Below are positions 10,190 through 19,744 of a stretch of 64,000 nt of DNA, one piece after another (the stretch's first letter is position 1; each line of letters starts with the position of its first letter). The notes beneath the pieces were generated by a model. That model was not told where the DNA came from, did no database searches, and saw nothing but the letters and a program-made list of their open reading frames with translations. The stretch comes from Nitrosopumilaceae archaeon (lineage in GTDB: Archaea > Thermoproteota > Nitrososphaeria > Nitrososphaerales > Nitrosopumilaceae): positions 32,001-96,000 of the forward strand of contig OZ242376.1 in assembly GCA_965209085.1 (NCBI GenBank). The letters are read 5' to 3'. The position numbers were made by a program, and so were the translations under genes.

Positions 10190-11706
10190 GAATTATCATC
10201 CTCTGCCGTTTTGTTCTCGGCGGTTGCGATAGAATATTCTGCCATAGGGTATACTGCAGGACAGTTTATCACGTGATCGGAGTTTAGCGGACGGGCCTGA
10301 ATAATTATAACGGATTCTGCCGCATGTGCTGCCTTTAGGTCATCGCTAGTTGCCAGGATCTGCGCTTCTCCCGGATTTGCCCATTCCACTATGTTTATTT
10401 TTTGTATTGGGGAATAGTTTTCACTGCCCGGAATTCCGTATCTTAATGAGGGCTGAAATCCAAGCGGTCCTGAGCCGTTTATTCCGTTTTTAAACTCGTA
10501 ATAGTCTGCTGCTGCATCAGAATTTGCCAGTATTGACGAGGCCGGAGCGTTTACCAGTCCCATGACCATCGCCGGCTTTTGTGGTGTTGCTGCAACGGGT
10601 ATACAGTAGAGTGTTCTTCCGTCTTCTGCCCACTCCCTGTGGGATACAAGCGTGACAGTCATGTTCTCCTCATCAAGGGAGAGAATCTGCGAGCCTGATC
10701 CATAAGGTGATCTCTCATAGTCTGCCATACTCAAATTTTCAATTTGCGGCATTTGACCTCCAGGCCATTTTATTTGCGGTATGTTTAGAATTGATCCGGA
10801 CTCGTCCAGTACGATACGGCCCTTGCCCACTTCCTCCAGCAGATCCTTTTCGGATTCAATTATGGATTCTTTTTGACCCCGATTCCATTCGGCCGCAACT
10901 GCCAGACGCAATGAACCGTACAGTGGTTGCTCCGGAGTTCCCGAAAATATCTCCCGTTGGTATCCATAAAATCCTTCGCCGCTTTTGCCGTTTTTAAACA
11001 GATACACTTTACCCAGAGCTGATTCTGGAGTTTCTTCAAGTAATGGTGCAGCTGTTACGTTATAATTCTGCCACTGCGATATCTCTTTGGCATCTTTTTG
11101 GGTGCTGGAATCGGTTATGATATAATACACGTCTTCGCCATTGTAAAATCCTGTATGCATCGGCAGGGTTACCGGCAGGATGGTTCTGGCAAGTTTTAAT
11201 TCAGGATGCCGGTCTGCTGCAGATACCAATTTTGTCTGCACTACAACATCTATTGGATCCCCTCGGATCCATCCGTCTACGCTTGCCGTTGCTTTGAAAG
11301 AATTCTTGTCCGAGTGCAATGCGAGTGCAGCTCCGGCAAAGTTTGCCGTACCAGAGATGCCCGGCTCCAAAAGTGTAACTGCATATTTTGTATCACCGTC
11401 CACGGTCCATATGGGCTGGTTTCCATCATCCCCGTCATCAAGCTCGTGCAGAATCATTATCTCTACTGGAGTGCTGGCCGTATATGTGATAGTTCCCACA
11501 TATATCGTGCCCGGATTCGGCGAGAGCAATATTGCCATTTGTTGGCCTTTGTTTCCTTTTCCCGGATCGGTGCCGGACTGGACGGTTTCAGTAAAGTGGA
11601 CTTTTCTTATGGATTTTGCCTCTGCTGTCTGATCAGACGTGCTAGAGACCATAACGGCGGCTGTAATGATCAAAGCTGCCATGACAAGTGCAATAATCAG
11701 TTTCAT
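10186..11706 (-). CDS. Secreted hypothetical protein with two internal repeat domains
   Basis: Signal/TM N-terminus; two copies of Y.FKNG..G.G..G.Q......P....Y.....EW. Confidence 0.75.
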   Translation of the reverse strand: MKLIIALVMAALIITAAVMVSSTSDQTAEAKSIRKVHFTETVQSGTDPGKGNKGQQMAILLSPNPGTIYVGTITYTASTPVEIMILHELDDGDDGNQPIWTVDGDTKYAVTLLEPGISGTANFAGAALALHSDKNSFKATASVDGWIRGDPIDVVVQTKLVSAADRHPELKLARTILPVTLPMHTGFYNGEDVYYIITDSSTQKDAKEISQWQNYNVTAAPLLEETPESALGKVYLFKNGKSGEGFYGYQREIFSGTPEQPLYGSLRLAVAAEWNRGQKESIIESEKDLLEEVGKGRIVLDESGSILNIPQIKWPGGQMPQIENLSMADYERSPYGSGSQILSLDEENMTVTLVSHREWAEDGRTLYCIPVAATPQKPAMVMGLVNAPASSILANSDAAADYYEFKNGINGSGPLGFQPSLRYGIPGSENYSPIQKINIVEWANPGEAQILATSDDLKAAHAAESVIIIQARPLNSDHVINCPAVYPMAEYSIATAENKTAEDDNS

Positions 11707-11881
11707 ACCAAATGGTGGTTACAAGGTGGTTAAATTTTTTGTCATTATGGATTTTATAACATATTTGGAGGGTATCAGTAGGCAATATCCCAGTCAGAAT
11801 TTGGTTAAAATGCACTAGTGGGCATATTCAATCATCTGATTCATCATTATTCCATCCGTTTATGATATTCGTATATTTTGA

Positions 11882-12040
11882 CTAGATCCATTTTCCAACA
11901 AACACCCATAACCAGTGGTTGATGCCATCAATCCGCCAGCTGGTCTCATCTCCGTGTATGTTTAATTCTTGTTTTAATTCCTTTATCATCTGCTCGTACA
12001 GCGAACCAAATGCAGTGGTCATTTTGGTTGTTCTGACAAC
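11882..12040 (-). pseudogene. IS66-family (DDE) transposase remnant
   Basis: Manual minus-strand translation: ...LYEQMIKELKQELNIHGDETSWRIDGINHWLWVFVGKWI*, matching the IS66 H.DET.W.......WLW motif; stops on both sides. Confidence 0.75.
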
Positions 12041-12168
12041 AATTCATCATGTTTGTGCCCGATCCATAAAGATCACGGCAGAAAATACTCGATCATATGA
12101 TCAGATCGCTTCAAAACTCTAGACAGTTACCTCAAAAGTTATTTCTTCTTGGTAATATTTTGGCAGGA

Positions 12169-13566
12169 CTAACGATCGAGTTTAAACTCATCATGCACGG
12201 CATTTACCGCTTTACGTGCATCTGAATCACGCACGACAAATGCCAAGTTGAGCTCAGAGGAGCCCTGTGTTATCATTACCACGTTTACGGATTTTTTTGC
12301 CACAGCTCCAAACACCCTAGAGGCCGCTCCGATGGTTCCGCGCATTCCTGCTCCGATCAGCGCAACTATGGTAACGTTGGAGGTTACGTCTATTTTTTTT
12401 ATTATTTTTCCAAGAAGTGATTTTTCTATGGCCTGAACCGTCTTGTCCGCATCGGTTTTTCTTACGGTTATGGTTATGCTCGACTCTGAAGGGTTTTGTG
12501 TGATCATCATGACGTTGACGTTGGCAGCTGCAAGCGTATCGAATATTTTAGCGGCCGTCCCCGGAGCTCCGGCCATATTTGTACCGCTAATGTCTACAAT
12601 GGCGTTATTTTTGAACGCGCTCACACATTTTATCGATTTTCTATGTGTTGTGCTAGGGGAGGAGATTACGAGTGTTCCGGGATTTTTTGGAGAGTTTACG
12701 TTGCGCACTCTCATTGGTATTTTTTTTGCAAGCAGAGGTTCGAACGTTTTTGGATGAATTTGTTGCGCTCCAAACATGGACATTTCCATAGCCTCAGAAT
12801 ACGAAACTTCGTGTATTGTTTTTGCACCCCCAACCATGGAAGGATCAGCAGTCATCATGCCGTCTACGTCCCCCATCAGCCAAACCTCATCAGCCTTTAC
12901 GCAGGAAGCTATTATTGATGCAGTATAATCAGAGCCGCCGCGTCCCAAAGTCGTAATATGCCCGTGTTGATCTTCTCCGGAGAATCCCCCTATTACCGGA
13001 ATAATTTTTTTTGAGACAAGTGACTCGATGTTCTTGGAAACCTTTAGGCGCGTTGTATTCATCAACGGCTGGCAGTTGCCATAGTTTGAGTCAGTTATTA
13101 TTCCCGCTTCCTTGCCGGTCATGGACTGTGTTTTTCTTCCAAGATCCGCCATTGCCTGTGAAAAAATTTTGGATGAGAATCTCTCCCCAAAGGATATCAA
13201 ATAATCAAGTGAACGCGTGGTGATCTCGTGTAGCAGCGTTATTCCGTCCACTAGCGCTAGAAATTCTGCAAAATCTTCGGCAAGCGAATCAAGCAGTTTT
13301 TTTCTTCCAGCAGTTTTTGAGATTGTCTGTTGCGCTATTTTTTTATGCGAATTTATTATGCGTGCGGCTAAAGTTTTGGCTCCATTGACGTCATTTTTGC
13401 GCACGTATTGTGATATTTTCAGCAAAAGATCGGTTGTATCGCCTATTGCAGAACATACTATAATCATCTGGTTGTTTTTGACTTCGTCTGATGCTTGTTT
13501 AGCAGCAATTTTGATTTTTTTTGGAGTTTGAATTGTCGAGCCGCCGTATTTTACAACTAGCCTCAA
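12169..13566 (-). CDS. lysC: Aspartate kinase
   Basis: VVKYGGS, TTLGRGGSDYTA, two C-terminal ACT domains. Confidence 0.95.
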   Translation of the reverse strand: MRLVVKYGGSTIQTPKKIKIAAKQASDEVKNNQMIIVCSAIGDTTDLLLKISQYVRKNDVNGAKTLAARIINSHKKIAQQTISKTAGRKKLLDSLAEDFAEFLALVDGITLLHEITTRSLDYLISFGERFSSKIFSQAMADLGRKTQSMTGKEAGIITDSNYGNCQPLMNTTRLKVSKNIESLVSKKIIPVIGGFSGEDQHGHITTLGRGGSDYTASIIASCVKADEVWLMGDVDGMMTADPSMVGGAKTIHEVSYSEAMEMSMFGAQQIHPKTFEPLLAKKIPMRVRNVNSPKNPGTLVISSPSTTHRKSIKCVSAFKNNAIVDISGTNMAGAPGTAAKIFDTLAAANVNVMMITQNPSESSITITVRKTDADKTVQAIEKSLLGKIIKKIDVTSNVTIVALIGAGMRGTIGAASRVFGAVAKKSVNVVMITQGSSELNLAFVVRDSDARKAVNAVHDEFKLDR

Positions 13567-14309
13567 GTTTCCACCCTTGGGGCAAGATAAAAGTGAATTC
13601 GTGCTATTCCCGCTATTTTGAATTCGATTCTCAGGGGTTTTTCATTTGAAAATTCACACGATACGCTGCCAGCTGTGGTTCCTACCGCCTTTACCACCGG
13701 TGAGAGATATTCCAAACTATAGGTTGCCTTGCTGTCGGATTTTGCCTCTATGGATTTTATTATTTCACCATCTTTTTCCATCTCGATTAGGGCCTCTCCA
13801 GAGTCGCCTTTGCCTGAAAAAACGGCGGATGTTTTTGATGCCTTTATCGTCATATATTCAGAAATTACCTGTATGTCCCCGAGTATTTTGTCAAGAGCGC
13901 CTGGAACGAGATCAATTTTTGCATCATATGGAATTTTTGGCAGGGGTGTTTCAGCCGCTGTGCCTTCCACAAGCCTGATCTTGTATTTTTTGTTTTTTCC
14001 AATCGTAACAAGCAGCATATTGTCTTCGGATATGCTTATCAGGATTGTGTCTTTTTTTTCTGCCCTTTTAATGATCTTTGATATCTCATCAATGCGCACG
14101 CCGAATTTCAAGTCGCTGTCGCACTCGTATTTTTCAAACGCCGAATTTGGCCACGATATGTCAATTAATGCCACATGGGACGGATCCATTCCACGGAATG
14201 TAATGCCCTCTGAATTTGCCACAAACGTAGCTTCCTCCACCACCGTGGAAATTGCAGAAATTATTGCCTTAAGATCATCAGAACCGCTGATTTTGGCGGA
14301 CAGTACCAT
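13563..14309 (-). CDS. pcn: Proliferating cell nuclear antigen (sliding clamp)
   Basis: MDPSHVALI and C-terminal FYLAPRVE. Confidence 0.96.
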   Translation of the reverse strand: MVLSAKISGSDDLKAIISAISTVVEEATFVANSEGITFRGMDPSHVALIDISWPNSAFEKYECDSDLKFGVRIDEISKIIKRAEKKDTILISISEDNMLLVTIGKNKKYKIRLVEGTAAETPLPKIPYDAKIDLVPGALDKILGDIQVISEYMTIKASKTSAVFSGKGDSGEALIEMEKDGEIIKSIEAKSDSKATYSLEYLSPVVKAVGTTAGSVSCEFSNEKPLRIEFKIAGIARIHFYLAPRVET

Positions 14310-14355
14310 ACAAACGTGAAATTATTGCACTCTAAATAATGTATTGGATATTCGT

Positions 14356-14664
14356 TTAGGAATAATTACGCCATGTGTGGGTACATTTTATACATCTGTA
14401 AAACTGAGTGCTTGGTTCATCAGCGCTGCGTGTCTGCAACATCCACCATACTGCCTGGTCATGACCGCATTTTCCACATTCTATTTTTATCGTTGGCAGG
14501 GCTTCTTTTCCTTCATCCTGTTCCAAAACGGTAAAGTCAGAAACTGTTGATTTTTCTTCTTGTTTTATAGTATTGGAGGAATTTTCCGCATGACCGCAGG
14601 ACGTACATGTGTAACCAGAGATGCTTTTTTTGAGACGAATGTCACATTTGGGGCAAAATTTCAT
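14356..14664 (-). CDS. tfs: Transcription elongation factor TFS / RpoM family
   Basis: MKFCPKC; C-terminal zinc ribbon QTRSADEP..FYRC..C. Confidence 0.93.
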   Translation of the reverse strand: MKFCPKCDIRLKKSISGYTCTSCGHAENSSNTIKQEEKSTVSDFTVLEQDEGKEALPTIKIECGKCGHDQAVWWMLQTRSADEPSTQFYRCIKCTHTWRNYS

Positions 14665-14943
14665 CTATTTTGCCTTGATCTTGTCATTAAATAATTTTTT
14701 TAAATCTTCGGCAATGCCAATTGCAGTGTCTGTAGCCGAAATTATTTCGTTTACGGGTGCCTGTTTTGCGTTTACGCGCATCCAGCACTCACCTGTAAGC
14801 GGATGTTTCATAATTACGCCAGAGAAATCCACCGCTGAACGCTTTAACATCTCATGTTGTACGATATACAATATTCCAATGTCCGATTCTTTTAACGAAT
14901 AGTTGATCTCTTTTTTAGACTTTGACATTATCTGCGCTAGCAT
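14665..14943 (-). CDS. rpoL: DNA-directed RNA polymerase subunit L (Rpo11)
   Basis: ~90 aa, V.F....KHPL motif, directly upstream of tfs. Confidence 0.85.
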   Translation of the reverse strand: MLAQIMSKSKKEINYSLKESDIGILYIVQHEMLKRSAVDFSGVIMKHPLTGECWMRVNAKQAPVNEIISATDTAIGIAEDLKKLFNDKIKAK

Positions 14944-14987
14944 GTAAGCTAAAAAAGCACATATAGATATAAATCAATACAGGCATT

Positions 14988-15521
14988 ATGGGTAAAAATA
15001 GCATTCTAGAGATAATGCTTTCATGCGGAGCAAAGAGATTTTCCGCAAATAATACGATACCCGTGGTGGTAAGTTTTTCCATCACAGGAAACATCAGAGA
15101 CGCCTTTAATGAAGAAAACTGGACCAAAGCCTACAACAAAAATGATAATGTGTTCAAAATGAAATACGGCATAAAGGTGCGATCCGGGGGAATTAAAAAA
15201 CGTGTCATAGGCGAAGTAGATACATACAGAAAAGCATCAATATTTTGGACTAGAAACCCAAAGCTTACAAATCCTATGAAAGCGAAAAGAGTGTGGGTGC
15301 AGGTGGCCAAAAATTTTACACCCCATATAAAACTCAGCCAGGAAGAAGTACAACAGGAATTATTTGATTTTGAGGAGACAATTCATGTAAAAGCTTCCGA
15401 GCTTGGAGCTGGCGATCATCAGATAAGTGCAGAAGTGTACGCATCGTGGAACAAACACGACTATACGGACACGGGCAAGGTCGATAACAGCTCGAAAAAC
15501 TACAAAATTACGGTCGAATAA
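14988..15521 (+). CDS. Hypothetical protein
   Basis: 177-aa ORF with typical composition; no motif recognised. Confidence 0.7.
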   Translation: MGKNSILEIMLSCGAKRFSANNTIPVVVSFSITGNIRDAFNEENWTKAYNKNDNVFKMKYGIKVRSGGIKKRVIGEVDTYRKASIFWTRNPKLTNPMKAKRVWVQVAKNFTPHIKLSQEEVQQELFDFEETIHVKASELGAGDHQISAEVYASWNKHDYTDTGKVDNSSKNYKITVE

Positions 15522-15560
15522 ATCAATTAGGATATAAACGGGTTTGTTTCATGTACGGTA

Positions 15561-15713
15561 ATGGCAAAATATGACGGATTGTTGGGTCAACCGGTTTTGG
15601 AAGTGGAAGAGCCTGACAAAGAGGGCGGCATAACCGTTATCTTCAAGGACAACAGATTTCTTTTCATAAAAGTGACTGATGGAAAAATAGATACAGTCTC
15701 AATACCGGAGTAG
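15561..15713 (+). CDS. Small hypothetical protein (paralog 1)
   Basis: Manual translation MAKYDGLLGQPVLEVEEPDKEGGITVIFKDNRFLFIKVTDGKIDTVSIPE; AT-rich TATA-like sequence ~30 bp upstream. Confidence 0.7.
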   Translation: MAKYDGLLGQPVLEVEEPDKEGGITVIFKDNRFLFIKVTDGKIDTVSIPE

Positions 15714-15719
15714 ACTTGG

Positions 15720-15866
15720 ATGGAAAAATATAACAGTATAAAGATGCAGGATTTGGTAAAAGTCGAGGATACTGGGTCAGAGCTGAACATGGCTTTTAAA
15801 AACGGATCAAGAATTAAAATTACCATCAAAGACGGCAAACTGGAAGCAGTTGTGCTGGAAACCTAG
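15720..15866 (+). CDS. Small hypothetical protein (paralog 2)
   Basis: Manual translation MEKYNSIKMQDLVKVEDTGSELNMAFKNGSRIKITIKDGKLEAVVLET; resembles the preceding ORF. Confidence 0.6.
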   Translation: MEKYNSIKMQDLVKVEDTGSELNMAFKNGSRIKITIKDGKLEAVVLET

Positions 15867-16366
15867 CCGGCACGTACACGTTTTTCATACATATAGAGAG
15901 CATTTTCCTGTGATTCAGACTGGATGGAACCTGGTCTCTCTTTCCTGATACGTTTTATGGCGTGTTCTGCCGTATGATCCATGTGGCATATCATATAACA
16001 TGCAAGTATGCTTCCTGCCCTACCAAGACCTGCCTGACAGTGTACTGCCACGGAATTTCCAGGTGCATCCAAAATGCGTTTGTGAATAAAATCCACCGCT
16101 TTATCCATCGACTCAAACGAAGGAGGTTCCAGATCCGGTGTTGGAAGATGCAAACAGTCAATTCCTTCAATCCACGATTTTTCAAGTGGTTCTTCGGTCA
16201 TGGTTATTACAGAACCGATTCCCTGTTCTATGAGCCAATCAAACTCATCTCTTGTCATCGGTCTTCCGGTACCAGCAAGTTTACCGTCTATAATCCAGGA
16301 AAAATTAGTGGGTCTTTTTGTAATCCTTCCATGTATTTTACGGTAAATATCTCCTGCTTTGCTCAC
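15863..16366 (-). CDS. Dual-specificity protein phosphatase
   Basis: NFSWI and VHCQAGLGR (HCX5R); start refined to GTG 16366. Confidence 0.9.
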   Translation of the reverse strand: MSKAGDIYRKIHGRITKRPTNFSWIIDGKLAGTGRPMTRDEFDWLIEQGIGSVITMTEEPLEKSWIEGIDCLHLPTPDLEPPSFESMDKAVDFIHKRILDAPGNSVAVHCQAGLGRAGSILACYMICHMDHTAEHAIKRIRKERPGSIQSESQENALYMYEKRVRAG

Positions 16367-16394
16367 AATATGTTTTACATGCACTGGGGTATTT

Positions 16395-17099
16395 TTAGGA
16401 TTTGTGCAGAGCATCAGGGCCCCACAATGCCATTGCCCGTACGGGTGAACCGGTTGCACCACGCAGTTTTATCGGCATGACAACAAGGACAAATTTTGCA
16501 TCCATTATGCTATCAAGATTTACAAGATTTTCCACTATTGGAATTGCTGCCCCGCAGAGTAGACGGTGTGCAGGATACGAGTGCGCATTTCCAACATCAA
16601 TGCTTGGAGAATCTATGCCCACAATGGAGACTTTACGTAGAATCAGATGGGCGGCAGCATCCTTGGAGATGCCAGGATTACGTTCAAAATATCCCTGCCT
16701 GTGTCCTATTTTCGTTGACCAATCGGTTGCAAATATCACAGCTTGTTCCGATGCAAGTGTGCCGTATTTTGATTCAAAGGTTACAATATCGCGTTTTTTA
16801 ATTACGCTGTTTGCCTTTGATTTTACCCGTATCACCGAGGCGTCACAAATTAGTCTGGATGGCGATATTGCATCAATGGACGCACCGTTTTTGCTGAAAT
16901 GAAGTGGAGCATCCATGTGTGTGCCCGTATGTGAGCTCATAAAGACAAGTTCCATATTGTATCCATCTTTTTTCATGTCTGCCCATCGAATAAACTGTGG
17001 GGACGGCGATCCTGGAAATGCATCCATGTTGGATGAAACAGTCATTGTAAGATCCGCAATTCCCACGTATTTACCAAACCGCACGGTAATTTCAACCAT
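16395..17099 (-). CDS. Cyclase / kynurenine formamidase-like metal hydrolase
   Basis: HTGTHMDAPLHF, GIDSPSID, ENLVNL, GSPVRA; start uncertain. Confidence 0.9.
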   Translation of the reverse strand: MVEITVRFGKYVGIADLTMTVSSNMDAFPGSPSPQFIRWADMKKDGYNMELVFMSSHTGTHMDAPLHFSKNGASIDAISPSRLICDASVIRVKSKANSVIKKRDIVTFESKYGTLASEQAVIFATDWSTKIGHRQGYFERNPGISKDAAAHLILRKVSIVGIDSPSIDVGNAHSYPAHRLLCGAAIPIVENLVNLDSIMDAKFVLVVMPIKLRGATGSPVRAMALWGPDALHKS

Positions 17100-17172
17100 T
17101 ACAGAAAAACTTAATTTTACAAATTAGGCCAACTAGCCAATAGTTAAATAATATGCTATACATACACTATAC

Positions 17173-17436
17173 GTGGTAACAGCATTCGTTTTGATCAATT
17201 CTGAGCTTGGATCTGATACGTCAATCATAAATGAAGCAAAACAAATACTCGATCCAGAAAGCACAATAAAATATGAAATACAGGGAGTATACGGAATATA
17301 CGATATTGTCATAAAAATAACCGCTGATGATGGCCAAACGGTACGGAATATAATTACAAATCATATCAGAAAAATTAGCATGGTCCAATCAACCCTGACC
17401 ATGATGGTCATAGAAGAACAAGACGATCTACAGTAA
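17173..17436 (+). CDS. Lrp/AsnC ligand-binding (RAM) domain protein
   Basis: AFVLIN...VYGIYDIVIK...IRKI..V.ST.T. Confidence 0.88.
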   Translation: MVTAFVLINSELGSDTSIINEAKQILDPESTIKYEIQGVYGIYDIVIKITADDGQTVRNIITNHIRKISMVQSTLTMMVIEEQDDLQ

Positions 17437-18570
17437 TTTTATAGCCTGCAATACATCTTCCATTTGCGATTCCGTGTTAAAAATGTGCGGCGATGCCCGG
17501 ATAATTTTTTTCTCTCCAATTTCCCGTACGGCCAATACCAGTCCTTGTTTGGCAAGTTTCTTAACAGCATCCTCGGGAGCTGTTTTTGTGGTAAATGGCA
17601 CAATGCCGGTTCTCAGATTATCATCTTTAGGTCCGTAGAGCGTGACGCCAGGTACTGGAGATAATCCCTCACGCAACAAATTTGCCAAATGCAATGTTCT
17701 TTTTCTGATATTTCCAAAACCATAATCGGATAAAATTTGGGCAGAGCAGTTAAAACCTGCCGCTCCTGCATAATTACGAAATCCTGCCTGAAATTTTTCA
17801 GGCATTTCTTTGAATGCAATCTTTGTGACGCCTTTTTCATTGTAGAGAGTAGCTGATTCCCCTCCTATTTCCAAAGGTTCAAGTGTTTCAGATGCCCTGC
17901 GGCTGCAATAAAATATTCCAATTCCCATCGGACCGCAAAGCCACTTTGATCCGGTAAAGGACATAAAACTGCAACCAATCTTTTTGACGTCTACGTTCTC
18001 TAGGCATCCGACGCTTTGTGCAGCATCCACAAAGAACGGTATGTTTTCGGCGTTTAGGATCTCACCTACTTCTTCAACTGCAAGTATTGCCCCCGTATTG
18101 TACAGTGCATGGCTAAACGATACTAGTTCGATCTTTTTTGTTCGGATAATCTCCAATAGATCACCGATATCAAAGAATCCATTCTCGTCAATCTTTAGAC
18201 TCTGCTGTGTGCCGTTTGCACGGTGCAGCCACGGATAAAAATTGGAGTGGTGTTCGTGTTCCATTCCCCGTATCAATACATGGGCACCGTCTCTGTGCGG
18301 CAAGCCTCCGGCCACGGCATTTATTCCATCCGTGGTACTTTGAGTTATTACTATCTCGTCTGGCTGGCATCCGATTATGCCGGAAATTATCTTTCGGGTT
18401 TCTTGCAATGTTTCAGTTACAAACGGTTCGGATTCTGCAGAATCAGGTCCCATTTGGCTATATTTGGTTAAAAATTCACCCACCGCTTTTATGCTTTCAG
18501 TGGGCATGGGTGCAACAGAAGCGTTGTTCAGATATGTGTTGGTGCCGCATGCAAATTCAGGTGTTTTCAT
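17428..18570 (-). CDS. Class V aminotransferase / cysteine desulfurase-like PLP enzyme
   Basis: YLNNAS, EHHSN, DAAQSVG, KWLCGP.G.G, RASPH.FN. Confidence 0.9.
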   Translation of the reverse strand: MKTPEFACGTNTYLNNASVAPMPTESIKAVGEFLTKYSQMGPDSAESEPFVTETLQETRKIISGIIGCQPDEIVITQSTTDGINAVAGGLPHRDGAHVLIRGMEHEHHSNFYPWLHRANGTQQSLKIDENGFFDIGDLLEIIRTKKIELVSFSHALYNTGAILAVEEVGEILNAENIPFFVDAAQSVGCLENVDVKKIGCSFMSFTGSKWLCGPMGIGIFYCSRRASETLEPLEIGGESATLYNEKGVTKIAFKEMPEKFQAGFRNYAGAAGFNCSAQILSDYGFGNIRKRTLHLANLLREGLSPVPGVTLYGPKDDNLRTGIVPFTTKTAPEDAVKKLAKQGLVLAVREIGEKKIIRASPHIFNTESQMEDVLQAIKLL

Positions 18571-18571
18571 A

Positions 18572-19123
18572 TCACTGCTTCCAGCTGTCTATAACATTAT
18601 GCGCGGTTTTTACAAGTTCATCTATGGTAAGGTTGTTGTTAGAGATGGATTCATCAGCTAGTGCTATTGAACGGCTTATTCCTATGTTGATTTCTTTTGC
18701 ATCACGTTCGGTAAACTTTGACTTGTCCTGAGGATCGTCGGATCTGCCCCTGTTTGTTATGTAACCAAAACGTATATCTTTTGATGCGTGTACTGAAAGA
18801 ATTTTTGTGGTACAGATTGTCTCAAAGAATGTAATTTCATCATCAGAGCGTACTCCATCCACTATGACCGTATTTGATGCGGCGTTTCTAATTTTTGATT
18901 CCACAAGATGAGCAACTGCGGCAGGACCATCATCAGCCCGCAGTGTGGCCATCAAAGATGCAAGATTTTCCCTGTTGTGTTCAAGATTTCTTTTGTCAGC
19001 CTCGTTTCTTACTGCATTCCCCATGACTACCACGTCAAAACCCTGGAATTTGAGTCCGTTGGCAATGGTTGATTTTCCAGCACCTGGCATTCCAGTCAGA
19101 CATACTATTAGATTAGGAGTCAT
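18572..19123 (-). CDS. UPF0200 / dephospho-CoA-kinase-like P-loop kinase
   Basis: LTGMPGAGKS, VDGVRS..E, RGRSDD; start refined to 19123. Confidence 0.85.
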   Translation of the reverse strand: MTPNLIVCLTGMPGAGKSTIANGLKFQGFDVVVMGNAVRNEADKRNLEHNRENLASLMATLRADDGPAAVAHLVESKIRNAASNTVIVDGVRSDDEITFFETICTTKILSVHASKDIRFGYITNRGRSDDPQDKSKFTERDAKEINIGISRSIALADESISNNNLTIDELVKTAHNVIDSWKQ

Positions 19124-19207
19124 CACAAGTCTTGTAATTACGCAATCTATGAAGCTACCGATATGCTTTGGCAACCCGTTATATTGCAGACACGAGTGTG
19201 CACTGCA

Positions 19208-19744
19208 ATGCGTATCTTTGTTTCCGTGGATATAACCGACGGTGCGGTAAGTGGCACCATAGCAAATATGCAAAAAGATTCCGGTCTAGCAGGTGCCGTA
19301 CGAGTGGAAAATATGCATTATACGCTGATGTTTTTGGGTCAGCTGGACGAGTCAAAGGTGAACGATGTTGCAGAGGCTCTTGGGAACGTGAAATTTAATG
19401 CATTTGACATACAATGCAGGGGATTGGGGATGTTTGCCTCAAAGAATGGCATGGTAATTTGGGTAGGTGCTGACAGACACGGAGGACTAATGCTTGAAGA
19501 GCTTGCCGCAAAGGTAACTAGTGCTCTAGTTCCTTTGGGTTTTATAAAAAAAGGGAAATTTCAGCCGCATTTGACGGTTTTTAGGGTTAAAAACAAAGCC
19601 GGTGATACTGCGAGCGTATTGAAACGGTTTGAAGATACCGAATTTGGAATACAAAAGGTGGATGCGATAAAGCTGAAGAGCAGTGTGCTTTCCAGTTCAG
19701 GTCCCACATACGGAGATTTGGCAGTGGTGGATGCAAAAAAATGA
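19208..19744 (+). CDS. thpR: RNA 2',3'-cyclic phosphodiesterase (2H family)
   Basis: MRIFVSVD, two HxT motifs (HYTL, HLTV), upstream of cca. Confidence 0.9.
   Translation: MRIFVSVDITDGAVSGTIANMQKDSGLAGAVRVENMHYTLMFLGQLDESKVNDVAEALGNVKFNAFDIQCRGLGMFASKNGMVIWVGADRHGGLMLEELAAKVTSALVPLGFIKKGKFQPHLTVFRVKNKAGDTASVLKRFEDTEFGIQKVDAIKLKSSVLSSSGPTYGDLAVVDAKK

Noticed and set aside
11919-12122. Plus-strand 67-aa ORF
   Set aside because: Antisense shadow of the IS66 remnant
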